Shown here: piece after piece, positions 8,544 to 17,616 of the stretch
Position numbering within the stretch: position 1 is the first letter of the stretch
How the letters are laid out: the number at the start of each line of letters is the position of its first letter
Assembly (NCBI RefSeq): GCF_000025945.1
Contig: NC_006138.1
Coordinates: forward strand, 1,860,001 to 1,892,000
DNA length: 32,000 nucleotides
Direction of reading: 5' to 3'
Origin: Desulfotalea psychrophila LSv54
GTDB lineage: Bacteria > Desulfobacterota > Desulfobulbia > Desulfobulbales > Desulfocapsaceae
Program-made: the position numbers and the translations under genes
Notes under the pieces: model-generated
Seen by the model: the letters and a program-made list of their open reading frames with translations, nothing else
The model's database searches: none
What the model was told of the DNA's origin: nothing

Positions 8544-8894
8544 ATGGCCATTGATTGGGCGTATATTCGAAGAGGTTGAACCTCCTGTAAGAAGGGCGGT
8601 CAGGTCTTTAGTGAAAATAATTTGCATGTGGTAGAGGAGGAAAATGCCAAAAAAGATCCTCTGCGTGAGGCTGGCCTGCTTGATCTGTTAGCCCTCTGTG
8701 ACAGTTTTTTCGTAACCAGCGGTAAAAAAATCCTGCCATACTCCGCAGGCGGGGAGCAGCAGGAGCTGTTAGAAAAGATAACTGGTCGAACCGGTAATCT
8801 GCGCGCGCCAACTCTTCGAATTGGTGCTACCCTGTATGTGGGTTATAATGAAGAGTTGTATCAGAGAGTTCTTGCTACTCAAGTTGATGGATGA
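8544..8894 (+). CDS. ArsC/Spx/YffB-family thioredoxin-fold protein with an in-frame UGA at codon 12 (predicted selenocysteine, U-T-S-C redox motif)
   Basis: Track ORF 8622..8894 is open in the same frame back to ATG 8544 (GGAG 6 nt upstream), apart from TGA 8577-8579. Read-through gives MAIDWAYIRRG-U-TSCKKGGQVF.... This aligns with the N-terminal ..KNCDTCKKA.. of YffB-type proteins. The C-terminal NLRAPTLRIGATLYVGYNEELYQRV resembles the family C-terminus. Confidence 0.68.
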
Positions 8895-8933
8895 TTGTTG
8901 GCATGGACAGATAATTTTTTTTGAGGAGCTCTT

Positions 8934-9797
8934 ATGTTTCGTGTAGGACTTTTTTTGGCAACAAACCTGGCGATTTTGCTTCTGCTTGGCTTGGTCATGT
9001 CCCTGCTTGGCCTGGATTCGCGCAGCGCCTCCGGCCTTTTGTTGATGGCAGGATGTTTTGGTATGGGCGGTTCCCTTATCTCCCTTGCCCTGTCAAAATG
9101 GATAGCAAAAAAGGCCACGGGCGCCCATGTAATAGAGCAGCCCCGCAATGGCACCGAAGAGTGGCTGCTGCACACGGTGGCCAGACAGGCCCAAACGGCG
9201 GGGATTGGTATGCCGGAGGTGGCCGTATATGAGGCTGACGACATGAATGCCTTTGCCACTGGGATGCGTCGAGATGCCGCTTTGGTAGCTGTCAGCACAG
9301 GACTTATCCGTGGTATGTCTCAAGACGAGGTCGAGGCCGTATTGGCTCACGAAATGAGTCATATCGCCAATGGTGATATGGTGACCCTCTCTCTTATTCA
9401 GGGGGTGTTGAATACCTTTGTTATCTTTCTCTCCCGCATGGCGGCGAACGTCATAGATAACTTCCTCAGCTCCGATGAGGATGGTGGTGGCCTTGGCTTT
9501 TTTGGCTATATGGCGGTTTCCATGCTTCTTGAGTTCGTCTTTGGTCTTTTTGCCAGTATGATTGTGATGTGGTTCTCTCGTAGGCGGGAGTTCCGGGCAG
9601 ACTATGGGGCAACGGAACTTGCCTCAAAACAGAAGATGATTGCAGCTCTTGCCCGTCTGCAGCAGCAACATATTTCATCAAGCCTGCCGGAACAGGTGGC
9701 GGCCTTTGGTATTCGGCCCCGTCAGGGTGGTCTGGCGGAGCTTTTTCGCAGCCATCCCTCTCTTGAAGATAGGATAGCCGCTCTGGAGGCTATCTAG
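8934..9797 (+). CDS. htpX: Membrane zinc metalloprotease HtpX (M48 family)
   Basis: 287 aa. Contains [10 protein letters not shown] (HExxH), four TM segments and the C-terminal [19 protein letters not shown] lies upstream. Confidence 0.92.
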   Translation: MFRVGLFLATNLAILLLLGLVMSLLGLDSRSASGLLLMAGCFGMGGSLISLALSKWIAKKATGAHVIEQPRNGTEEWLLHTVARQAQTAGIGMPEVAVYEADDMNAFATGMRRDAALVAVSTGLIRGMSQDEVEAVLAHEMSHIANGDMVTLSLIQGVLNTFVIFLSRMAANVIDNFLSSDEDGGGLGFFGYMAVSMLLEFVFGLFASMIVMWFSRRREFRADYGATELASKQKMIAALARLQQQHISSSLPEQVAAFGIRPRQGGLAELFRSHPSLEDRIAALEAI

Positions 9798-9915
9798 CAG
9801 GAGACCTCTTACGAGGTTATTGTTTGCTAGAAATTCGGTTTTTATTGCAAAAACACGGAGACTGGTTAATAGTAAGTAGTCCTATTACTTTTAAACTTTA
9901 ATGAGGTGTACAGAT

Positions 9916-10623
9916 ATGTATCAAAATAGCTCTTCCATTGGCATTGTTCGGGCCCGTCAAGATGCCGCTTCGATCTTTTTGGCGAAGGTGTTTAACTGGA
10001 TGGCGCTTGGGCTTGGCCTGACCGGCTTGGTGGCCTTTTTTGCAGCTGGTAGTGGCATCACCGCAGCCATTGTTGCAAGCCCTCTTTTTATGATGCTGAT
10101 CATTGCCGAGCTTGGTATGGTCTTTTTTCTTTCGGCCAGAATTGATAAGATTCAGGCCAGCACAGCCTCGGGGCTATTTCTGGGCTACTCATTTTTAAAT
10201 GGTTTGACCCTCTCGGCAATTTTTCTTGCCTATACCAGTACCTCGATTGCCGCTACATTTTTTATAACTGCTGGCATGTTCGGGGCAATGGCTGTTTATG
10301 GTCTCATAACTAAACGTGATCTTTCCGGATTTGGTTCCTTTCTCTTTATGGGACTTGTGGGAATTATCATTGCCTCTGTGGTGAATATTTTTCTGAAGAG
10401 TACAGGCCTTTACTGGGTGATCTCTCTGCTTGGGGTATTTATCTTTACAGCTCTTACCGCCTATGATGTCCAGAAGATCAAGACCATGGGAGAGAAGGGC
10501 ATTCTCAGTCAGGGTGAGGTTGCCATAAAAAAAGGTGCCATTATGGGGGCCCTTACCCTCTATCTTGATTTTATTAATCTCTTTTTGATGCTTCTCCGCT
10601 TCTTTGGTGGTAGCAGGAACTAG
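9916..10623 (+). CDS. BAX inhibitor-1/YccA-family membrane protein
   Basis: I prefer the start at MYQNSSS (ATG 9916, GAGGTG 7 nt upstream). The protein has seven hydrophobic segments. The C-terminal region LTAYDVQKIK...ALTLYLDFINLFLMLLRFFG is typical of the family. Confidence 0.85.
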   Translation: MYQNSSSIGIVRARQDAASIFLAKVFNWMALGLGLTGLVAFFAAGSGITAAIVASPLFMMLIIAELGMVFFLSARIDKIQASTASGLFLGYSFLNGLTLSAIFLAYTSTSIAATFFITAGMFGAMAVYGLITKRDLSGFGSFLFMGLVGIIIASVVNIFLKSTGLYWVISLLGVFIFTALTAYDVQKIKTMGEKGILSQGEVAIKKGAIMGALTLYLDFINLFLMLLRFFGGSRN

Positions 10624-10662
10624 GTGTTTGATTTATATGAGATAAGTGTATAGATGCTGTAA

Positions 10663-10698
10663 AAGGACATGCCTTTCTTCAAGGACATGTCCTTTTTT
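10663..10698 (+). terminator. Rho-independent terminator after the BI-1 gene
   Basis: AAGGACATG (10663-10671) pairs with CATGTCCTT (10686-10694), followed by T6. The second AAGGACATGTCCTT is itself palindromic. Confidence 0.6.
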
Positions 10699-10741
10699 GT
10701 ATGGAGAGTTTTCCTAGCTTTAGAGTAGTTGAGGTTTTTTT

Positions 10742-11953
10742 ATGGATTCATTTTTTGTAGGTAAGAAGATTGTTGTTGGCCTGACTGGCAGCATTGCCGC
10801 CTTCAAGGTGGCCGGTTGGGTCAGTACCCTGAGTAAGGCAGAGGCTGATGTCGAGGTGATTATGACTCGTGGGGCCTGTCAGTTTATTACGCCTCTCTCT
10901 CTTGCCGCTCTTTCGGGTAAGGGGGTGCATCAGGATATGTTTTCAGGGGATGGTCAGGCTGTTATGGATCATATTGATCTGGTTGCCGATGCAGATATCT
11001 TTCTTATTGCTCCGGCCTCGGCCAATACCATTGCCCGTCTTGCCGCCGGTATGGCGGACGATCTCCTTACCACAGCCGTGCTGGCAGCCCGTTGCCCTGT
11101 GGTTGTCTGTCCTGCCATGAATCCTAATATGTACAGTCATCCGGCCACAAGACGGAATATAGCCACTCTGCAAGAATTTGGTTACAGGATAGTAGAACCG
11201 GATTCCGGTCTTGTCGCCTGTAAGCAGGTGGGGCAGGGACGTTTGCCTGAATGGCCCGTGGTGCGCGAGGAGCTTGCCAGCGAGTTGATAGAGCAGGATC
11301 TGCGGGGAGAAAAGATTCTTGTTACCGCAGGCCCTACCCGGGAACCCCTCGATCCGGCTCGTTTTTTGGGGAATAGATCTTCTGGGAAGATGGGTTATGC
11401 CCTGGCAACAGCCGCCCGTCGACGTGGTGGTGACGTTATTCTGGTGAGCGGTCCTACGGCGCTTGTCGCTCCCCATGGGGTGGAGACAATTCGGGTAAAT
11501 ACTGCTGAGGAGATGTATGCCCGGGTGATGGAAAACGCATCAGCCGCGGATATTATTGTTAAAAGTGCAGCCGTGGCCGATTTTAGGCCGGAAAATTACG
11601 TTGAGCAAAAGGTGAAAAAGGAGGGGGCAAGTATGTCTCTTGGTCTTGCCAGAAACCCTGATATTCTTTTTGAGTTGGGTAAGGGACGAAGGGCAGATCA
11701 GCTCCTGGTCGGTTTTGCGGCGGAAAGTGAAAATATTGTTGATCACGGTCGCTCAAAATTAGAACGTAAAAAACTTGATATGATTGCGGTAAATGATATT
11801 AGCTCTGCCCAAACAGGCTTTGAGTCTGATACTAATCAACTTTTTGTTATAACTGAGGATGGAGTGGTAACCTTGCCTCTGACCACAAAAAATCATACGG
11901 CCAACCTCCTGCTTGATCAGATGGTAAAACATAAGCAGGATCGAGTTCTCTGA
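10742..11953 (+). CDS. coaBC: Bifunctional phosphopantothenoylcysteine decarboxylase / phosphopantothenate-cysteine ligase
   Basis: 403 aa. N-terminal flavoprotein half (GLTGSIAAFK, PAMNPNMY) and C-terminal CoaB half (VTAGPTREPLDPARFLGNRSSGKMGYALA, AAVADF, GFAAE). Confidence 0.92.
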   Translation: MDSFFVGKKIVVGLTGSIAAFKVAGWVSTLSKAEADVEVIMTRGACQFITPLSLAALSGKGVHQDMFSGDGQAVMDHIDLVADADIFLIAPASANTIARLAAGMADDLLTTAVLAARCPVVVCPAMNPNMYSHPATRRNIATLQEFGYRIVEPDSGLVACKQVGQGRLPEWPVVREELASELIEQDLRGEKILVTAGPTREPLDPARFLGNRSSGKMGYALATAARRRGGDVILVSGPTALVAPHGVETIRVNTAEEMYARVMENASAADIIVKSAAVADFRPENYVEQKVKKEGASMSLGLARNPDILFELGKGRRADQLLVGFAAESENIVDHGRSKLERKKLDMIAVNDISSAQTGFESDTNQLFVITEDGVVTLPLTTKNHTANLLLDQMVKHKQDRVL

Positions 11954-11976
11954 TTCTGCCCGAGATTCTCTCAGTT

Positions 11977-12018
11977 GAAAAAGAGGTCATTCCCCGTGGG
12001 GAATGACCTCTTTTTTTT
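11977..12018. terminator. Bidirectional rho-independent terminator shared by coaBC (+) and the TPR lipoprotein gene (-)
   Basis: GAGGTCATTCCCC (11983-11995) pairs with GGGGAATGACCTC (11998-12010). An A-run precedes it and a T8 run follows. Confidence 0.75.
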
Positions 12019-13717
12019 AGTTGAAGAGCTGATCAAATACATCCATGCTTTTGGGGGTCGCAGGAGTTTGAATTCCTGACTCTTCGGACCTTACCCTTGG
12101 CAGAAGTTGTGGATCTATTTTGTTCATTTCCTCTTCGACTCTGCTGATATTTTTTTCTGTCTTACCGATGATTTCCGTTTGGGGATAGCTTATCAGAATA
12201 TTTTTGAGGATCTTACGTGATTCGATAAGTAATTTTTTCTGGCTGGCAAGATCGGTGGTTCTGGTATAGCGAATAAAAATATCGGCGGCCTTGCGACGCT
12301 CGGCTTTGGCGGCCAGAAGAGACACCTCCTCTATCTTGTTGAGTGCCTTATCATTATACTCTGTTCCTTCAAGGCCCTTAAAGACATTAATGGCTTCGCT
12401 GAAACGCTCGCCTGAAACGAGAAGCAAACCGTTATTCCACTGTTGCTGTAGTTCCTGCATCTGGGCCATCTTATGGGTTTCACGATTAACGGCATCGGCA
12501 AGAATAAGTTCGTCTATTTTCTTGGAGATGGAACTGGCCTTTGTCTGATCGATAAGGCCCATGGGGACACTCTGTAGCAGGTTAATAGCATCTTCATAGT
12601 TGCTTTTGTCTGTTAACTTGTCAACAGTCATCCATATTCCGGCATACCATTTGTCAGCCTGGAGCAGGCTCTCCTCTCGTATTTTATCCACATTTGAGGC
12701 GATTGGTGTATGGGGATATCTTTCCAAAAAGGCATCTGCGTCATGGACTACCTTATAGCCATCTTGACTGGGGATAAAGCTGAGGTAAGATTGAAGGAGT
12801 TTTGAATATGCCCCAAGTTCTTTGGCGTCGACCTTACTGCGAGCAATGATTGATAACTGCAGGGCGGCCCAATTGTTAATGGGAGCAAAGGCCTGATAAT
12901 TTTTTCCTATTTCCCGGTATTGTTTTTTTGCTGCTGAATAATCACCTGCCGCTACATAGAGATCTGCCACTTGTTTTCGTAGGGAGATTATATCGTCTGG
13001 ATCTGTGGGGGCCATATCCTTAATGATATCCAGATATACAGCAATACTCTCTCTCTCTTGATGAAGATAGGTAAGGGCGTTGGCATAGAGCAGTTTTGTT
13101 TTCAGAGACAGTCGTTTTTGTTGGGAAGAGGAAATGCCTGTCCAGGTTTGTAAGACATTTTCATAATCACCTTGGTCAGATAATTCGATAATTTTGGCTT
13201 CTGTCTGGTCAAGTCCTTGCAGCTTAGCCGCATTCCAGTTGTTGGAAGTTATGGGTTCAGAGAGCATGGAACCACATTCTCCATCAAGGAATTTAATGTC
13301 TTCCTGTTGGATTTGATCCGTGATATCCCCTGTTATGTGAGAGATACCTTTCTCTGAGAGGAAGGCTCTCTGTAAACCGTTATAGCCGGATAAAACTTTT
13401 TGCAATTGACGAAAGCAATTGATAATTTGTTTTGTTTCCTGGGCGGAGAGGTCACGGTTGATGGCGTCAGCATCTATCTGTTTCCAACGATCAAGTTTTT
13501 TACCATACTGTTGGATACGTTCTCTCACATAATGTTCAGAAAGAGCAATTCTCGGGGTAATTTGTTGTTCGGTGAGAGCGGTATCCTCTGTCACCGTTGT
13601 TTCAACTACCTGCTGGATGGGGTGCTTAACAACTGTCTTTGGGCTGAGAACAGGGGTACAGCTAGTTAGGGCTGTGAGGCTGAGAACAAAAAATCCAAGG
13701 GGGAGTGTTTTTTTCAT
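12017..13717 (-). CDS. Lipoprotein with TPR-like helical repeats, function unknown
   Basis: 566 aa. Signal peptide plus lipobox: MKKTLPLGFFVLSLTALTS-C. The body is helical and repeat-like, e.g. ADLYVAAGDYSAAKKQYREIGKNY and SGERFSEAINVFKGLEG. It is co-oriented with and downstream of the PBP gene. Confidence 0.7.
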   Translation of the reverse strand: MKKTLPLGFFVLSLTALTSCTPVLSPKTVVKHPIQQVVETTVTEDTALTEQQITPRIALSEHYVRERIQQYGKKLDRWKQIDADAINRDLSAQETKQIINCFRQLQKVLSGYNGLQRAFLSEKGISHITGDITDQIQQEDIKFLDGECGSMLSEPITSNNWNAAKLQGLDQTEAKIIELSDQGDYENVLQTWTGISSSQQKRLSLKTKLLYANALTYLHQERESIAVYLDIIKDMAPTDPDDIISLRKQVADLYVAAGDYSAAKKQYREIGKNYQAFAPINNWAALQLSIIARSKVDAKELGAYSKLLQSYLSFIPSQDGYKVVHDADAFLERYPHTPIASNVDKIREESLLQADKWYAGIWMTVDKLTDKSNYEDAINLLQSVPMGLIDQTKASSISKKIDELILADAVNRETHKMAQMQELQQQWNNGLLLVSGERFSEAINVFKGLEGTEYNDKALNKIEEVSLLAAKAERRKAADIFIRYTRTTDLASQKKLLIESRKILKNILISYPQTEIIGKTEKNISRVEEEMNKIDPQLLPRVRSEESGIQTPATPKSMDVFDQLFN

Positions 13718-13962
13718 AATTTTTTCAAAGCAGAAATAGGTTATTAAATAGAGGTTATGAACTATTAATCGCGACCAGATGTGCTGGTATCACCGTATTA
13801 AAAAATAAAAAATGTGTTCTTTTTTCTTATCGACTGTGGTGGGCAAGCTCTTTAGGGAACCTTGCAGGATCCTCTTGCAAACCTTTATTCTAGTAAAAAT
13901 TGTTCTTGCAGGTGAGTAAAGATTTCGATAGCAGCGATATTGGTCCTGAATTATCGTTCTTG

Positions 13963-16900
13963 TTATTGAAGAGCCGACTTTGCAAGTGGATCTTTAGTCT
14001 CCCCCTTAACCTGCCAAAATGGACGATAATAATGTTCTAATTTTAATCTATTACCCTCTTCTCTGGCAAAGGTAATAATTGCGGGCTGTCTATTATTGGC
14101 GAGACGTGAGGGGGTGGTAAGCAGACCACCGTCCTTTATATTCATGGCTAGCGAGACCTGGCCTAATTGAGGGCGACTGAGTTTAAGGCCGTCAAAGGAG
14201 AGATCTGCAAGGTTGAGTTGATCTCCATAATTGTGTCCCAGAAGGAGCTGGTTGGCAATGGTGCTCCAGATGGGGAGTGCTCCGGTGGATCCTGCAATAC
14301 GTACAGTTTTGTGTTTCATCGGTTTGTTATTGTCATAGCCTGTGTAAACACCTATCGTATAGCCATTTTCAAGGGTTATTTTTTTACTATTGGTATCAAA
14401 ACCAGGAACATATCCTATAAATGAGGCATTGGTATAGTTGTTTGCCGTGCCCGTTTTACCTAGCAAAGGAACGGGGATATTAAGGTCTCGTAATTCCTGA
14501 TTTATCACCTCGTCGGCCGAGCTGAGGCGAACGCTTTTTTTTGCCGCCCTGCCGGTGCCTAAATTTACTGTATTTTCAAGGATGTTGCTGACACTGAGAG
14601 AGGTTTGGGCGTCGACAATCTTTTGTTCGACAGATTGGGCCTGAAAGAGAATGTCGCCTTCGGATGATTCAATTCGGTCGATTATAGCTAACTCTTTATC
14701 ATCCTGTTTCCCTGAAGAGGACCAGGCTTTCCCCGTAATGATAGTCTCGTAAAAGGAGACAGCTTCTAGCAGGGTAATAGAATTGGACCCCAGGGGGAAG
14801 GAGAGGACTGGTTCAAGCTGGGAGGCTATCCCCATTTCCCGGGCAAGGCTGATCAGATAGTGTAGGCCGACCGCGACGCGGAAATCTCTTACCTTGCTCA
14901 GCACCTCAAAATCATAGGGTAACTTTTTGCTTAGTTTTTTGTATTCAAAGCCACTCTCTGTTTCCAGCATATCGAAGGCTGCTACCGAGAGCATCTCGTC
15001 CAGTTGTATCTCTTGCCAGAAGGAGTGTTTTTCGTTGCTGGTCATGGATACTAATATTCTTTGGATATCCCCGTTCGAGAGAGGGTGGAACTCCTCGTTG
15101 TCGTTCAGCTTGTAGCCAAAATGGTATTTGCCGGTGATTGAGGAAAGATAGAGATCTGGCATCTCTTCCGGTTTGGAGTAGATGATGGTATCTTTTTGGA
15201 AAAAATCAAAAATATCATTGTCTTCTTTTATATTGGCTTTAAAGAGGTTGAGGTCTGCCTTGAGTTTGGCGGCTGCTAAAAAAGAGTGGTCGAGCAGTTT
15301 TTCTCGTAGAGTATATTCATTCTTTTCTCTGGTACTCAGTTGGCGATGCTCTTTTCTCCTTTCTGCTCTAGTGGCCCTTTTGTTCTCCGCCAATTCTTCC
15401 TTGAATTTCTTAAAGCCAAGACCATATTGGAGGCCCTTTATCTGCTTGTATTCAGCCTCCATATTTTCAAATAAAAAATCTGTTTCAATATTGCTAATGG
15501 CCTGTTGGTAGGCGGCTTCTTGCAAACTCTTCCGAGTGACAATAATGCCGTATTTATCACGAATCCTTTTGTGAAAATTGCGGTATGACTCTTTACCACC
15601 ACTCGCCTTTGTCCGGCTGAATCCTGTGTGCAGGGCAAGATCGTAGAACTCTTCCTTACTGAGGTGGTCTGTTAGGTGATAGAGGAGCCAGATGCAGGCA
15701 ACATTCTCAGATTTCGTTCCCGCCCAGCTCATGGAAACCTGTGGATAAGGGCTGATGTGGTCGGGGCGGGGATAATATGGCATTCCTTGGTAGACAAAAA
15801 TATTGCGGCTGTTATTAAGAGGGGCCGCACTATTCCAGCCAAGTTGCAGGGCGGCTGTAAAGAGAAAGGGTTTGAAGGTAGATCCCATGGGACGCTCGGC
15901 GTAGATAGCTCTATTGTAAAAACGATTTTCGCTACCACCTGCGACGCTTTTTATTGATCCGGCGTGGCTCACCAAGGCTCCGCCTTGGACGGTGGGGTAT
16001 TTTCTTAAATCAAGCAACGCTACGCCCGTTTCAGGAATTTCTCGAACGCTTACCCAGAGGGTATCTCCCACTTCGATCTGTTCAAGAAGGGCCTGGCGAT
16101 CTTTTGCCTTTGCCTGGGCCCAACGATTTTTACGCCACTGTACGAGGGCATTGGTGAGGGGGATAAGGCCCTTGGCATCAATAACTCCCTGGCCTATTCT
16201 GGGGCCAAAAGAGACACTGATTTTTATCGTCTTGTCTTCGGTCTCTATTTTTATAACCTTACCGAAGAGAAAGGCATCTTGGTCCAGTTTGAGATCGCCT
16301 TGGTAATTGAGAGCCTTGATCTCCTCCTGAACCTGATTGTGCTGATAACCATTGAGTCGCACATCGAGATCCGAGAGATGCCTGCGCAGGCCGAAAAGCG
16401 TTTTTTGCTGGAGATCTTTGTCGATGGAGGTGATAATTGCTACCCCAGAGGTGGAAATATTGTCTATCCCTTTGGCGGCAAGAGCCTCGGTGACCTGGGG
16501 GAGGACAACTGCGTCTCTTACCAGCTCCATGGTATAGTCAAGCTCATAGCCAAACTGTCCCTTGTTAAAGGGAACTCCCTCGGCAAGGGCACGGTTAAAT
16601 TCATCTTCGCCTATCATCCCCTCCTTCTTCATTTTCCTCAGCACATAGGCAAGACGTATATTGGCTCGTTTTTTTGCCTCTTCTATGGACTCTGTCGTTT
16701 TCTTGGTAAAGGGGTTATAATAGTTTGGCCCCTTGACGCTTCCTGCAATAAAGGCAGATTCAACCAGATTGAGTTCAGAAGCCGATTTATTAAAATAATA
16801 GCGGGCAGCAATGCCGAGGCCGTGCCCATTACCGCTCACATAAAATTGGTTGGCATAAAATTCAAAAATCTGTTCCTTAGAGTAGTGATATTCCAGGCGT

Positions 16901-17353
16901 AGGGCAAAGAGTAGTTCTTTTAATTTTTCTTTGATTGATCTATCTGCACGTTTAAAGAGGTTTTTTGCCGTCTGCTGGGTGAGGGTGCTTCCACCTTGAA
17001 CAATTCTGCCTGCTCGGACATTTGTTATCATTGCCCGGCTTATCCCCATGACGTCAAAACCGAAATGGTCAAAAAAACGGTTGTCTTCGGCAGGCAACGA
17101 GGGCATTGACAAAATTTTGTGGAATATCAACGTATTGGACATATTGTCGATGGGTTTGGTCAAAGAAGACACCAAGGCGTGTTGTCCCATCGCTATAGTA
17201 GACGTTACTCTGTTTACCAAGGATCTGCTTAATATTACTTTCTCTTATGGCATCTCCAGGATTTATTGCGACAAACCAGTATAGGGTTGATGCGGCAAGA
17301 ACAGAGGAAATGATGCAGAGAGCAGAGGTGAAAATAATAATTTTTTTTAACAT
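13963..17353 (-). pseudogene. Class A penicillin-binding protein (PBP1A-type, GT51 transglycosylase plus transpeptidase), frame interrupted by one extra nucleotide near 17089
   Basis: ORF 17353..17069 gives a TM anchor and then ...DIPQNFVNALVAC, followed by out-of-frame RRQPFF*. ORF 17220..13963 carries EDNRFFDHFGFD, GGSTLTQQ, RLEYHYSKEQIFEFY, STFKP, SEN and KTGT. The GT51 motif A-x-EDxRF is split across the two frames at GCC TGC [C] GAA GAC. Confidence 0.8.
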
Positions 17354-17616
17354 AGGCCTTTAATATATAATAGAAACTATCAAGAAAAATGTGTAGCTAT
17401 ACTAATAATTTTAGCCCAAGGTTATCTTGATTGTCCTTGCATTTCAACAATAGTTCGGTTTTAAATGGATGTCTGTATAATTAAAAAGTCTTCTTTATCG
17501 TCTTCTGCTGTTTATACCAATTGCTTGTAGAACTTGCAGTAGATATATCAAATGATCCTTCGTCGGCTTGCTTTTCTAGATGAGAGTAATTCGCATCTCC
17601 CCATACAATAGGCTAG

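Noticed and set aside
8573-8585. A GAGGUU-G-AACCUC self-complementary string centred on the candidate Sec UGA.
   Set aside because: The loop would be too small to form as drawn, and bacterial SECIS hairpins lie downstream of the UGA. I do not count it as SECIS evidence.
13855-13885. An imperfect inverted repeat, TTGCAGGATCCTCTTGCAA, between the PBP gene and the lipoprotein gene, considered as a terminator.
   Set aside because: No U-run follows it on the transcribed (minus) strand, and the stem has a bulge and a very small loop.
16279-16902. Long antisense ORFs inside well-supported genes: 16279..16902, 10943..11476, 17548..18081, 20657..21154, 26660..27064 and 4350..4784.
   Set aside because: Each lies opposite a CDS with clear family motifs. 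Their sequences are low-complexity or compositionally odd, and none has a convincing start context.
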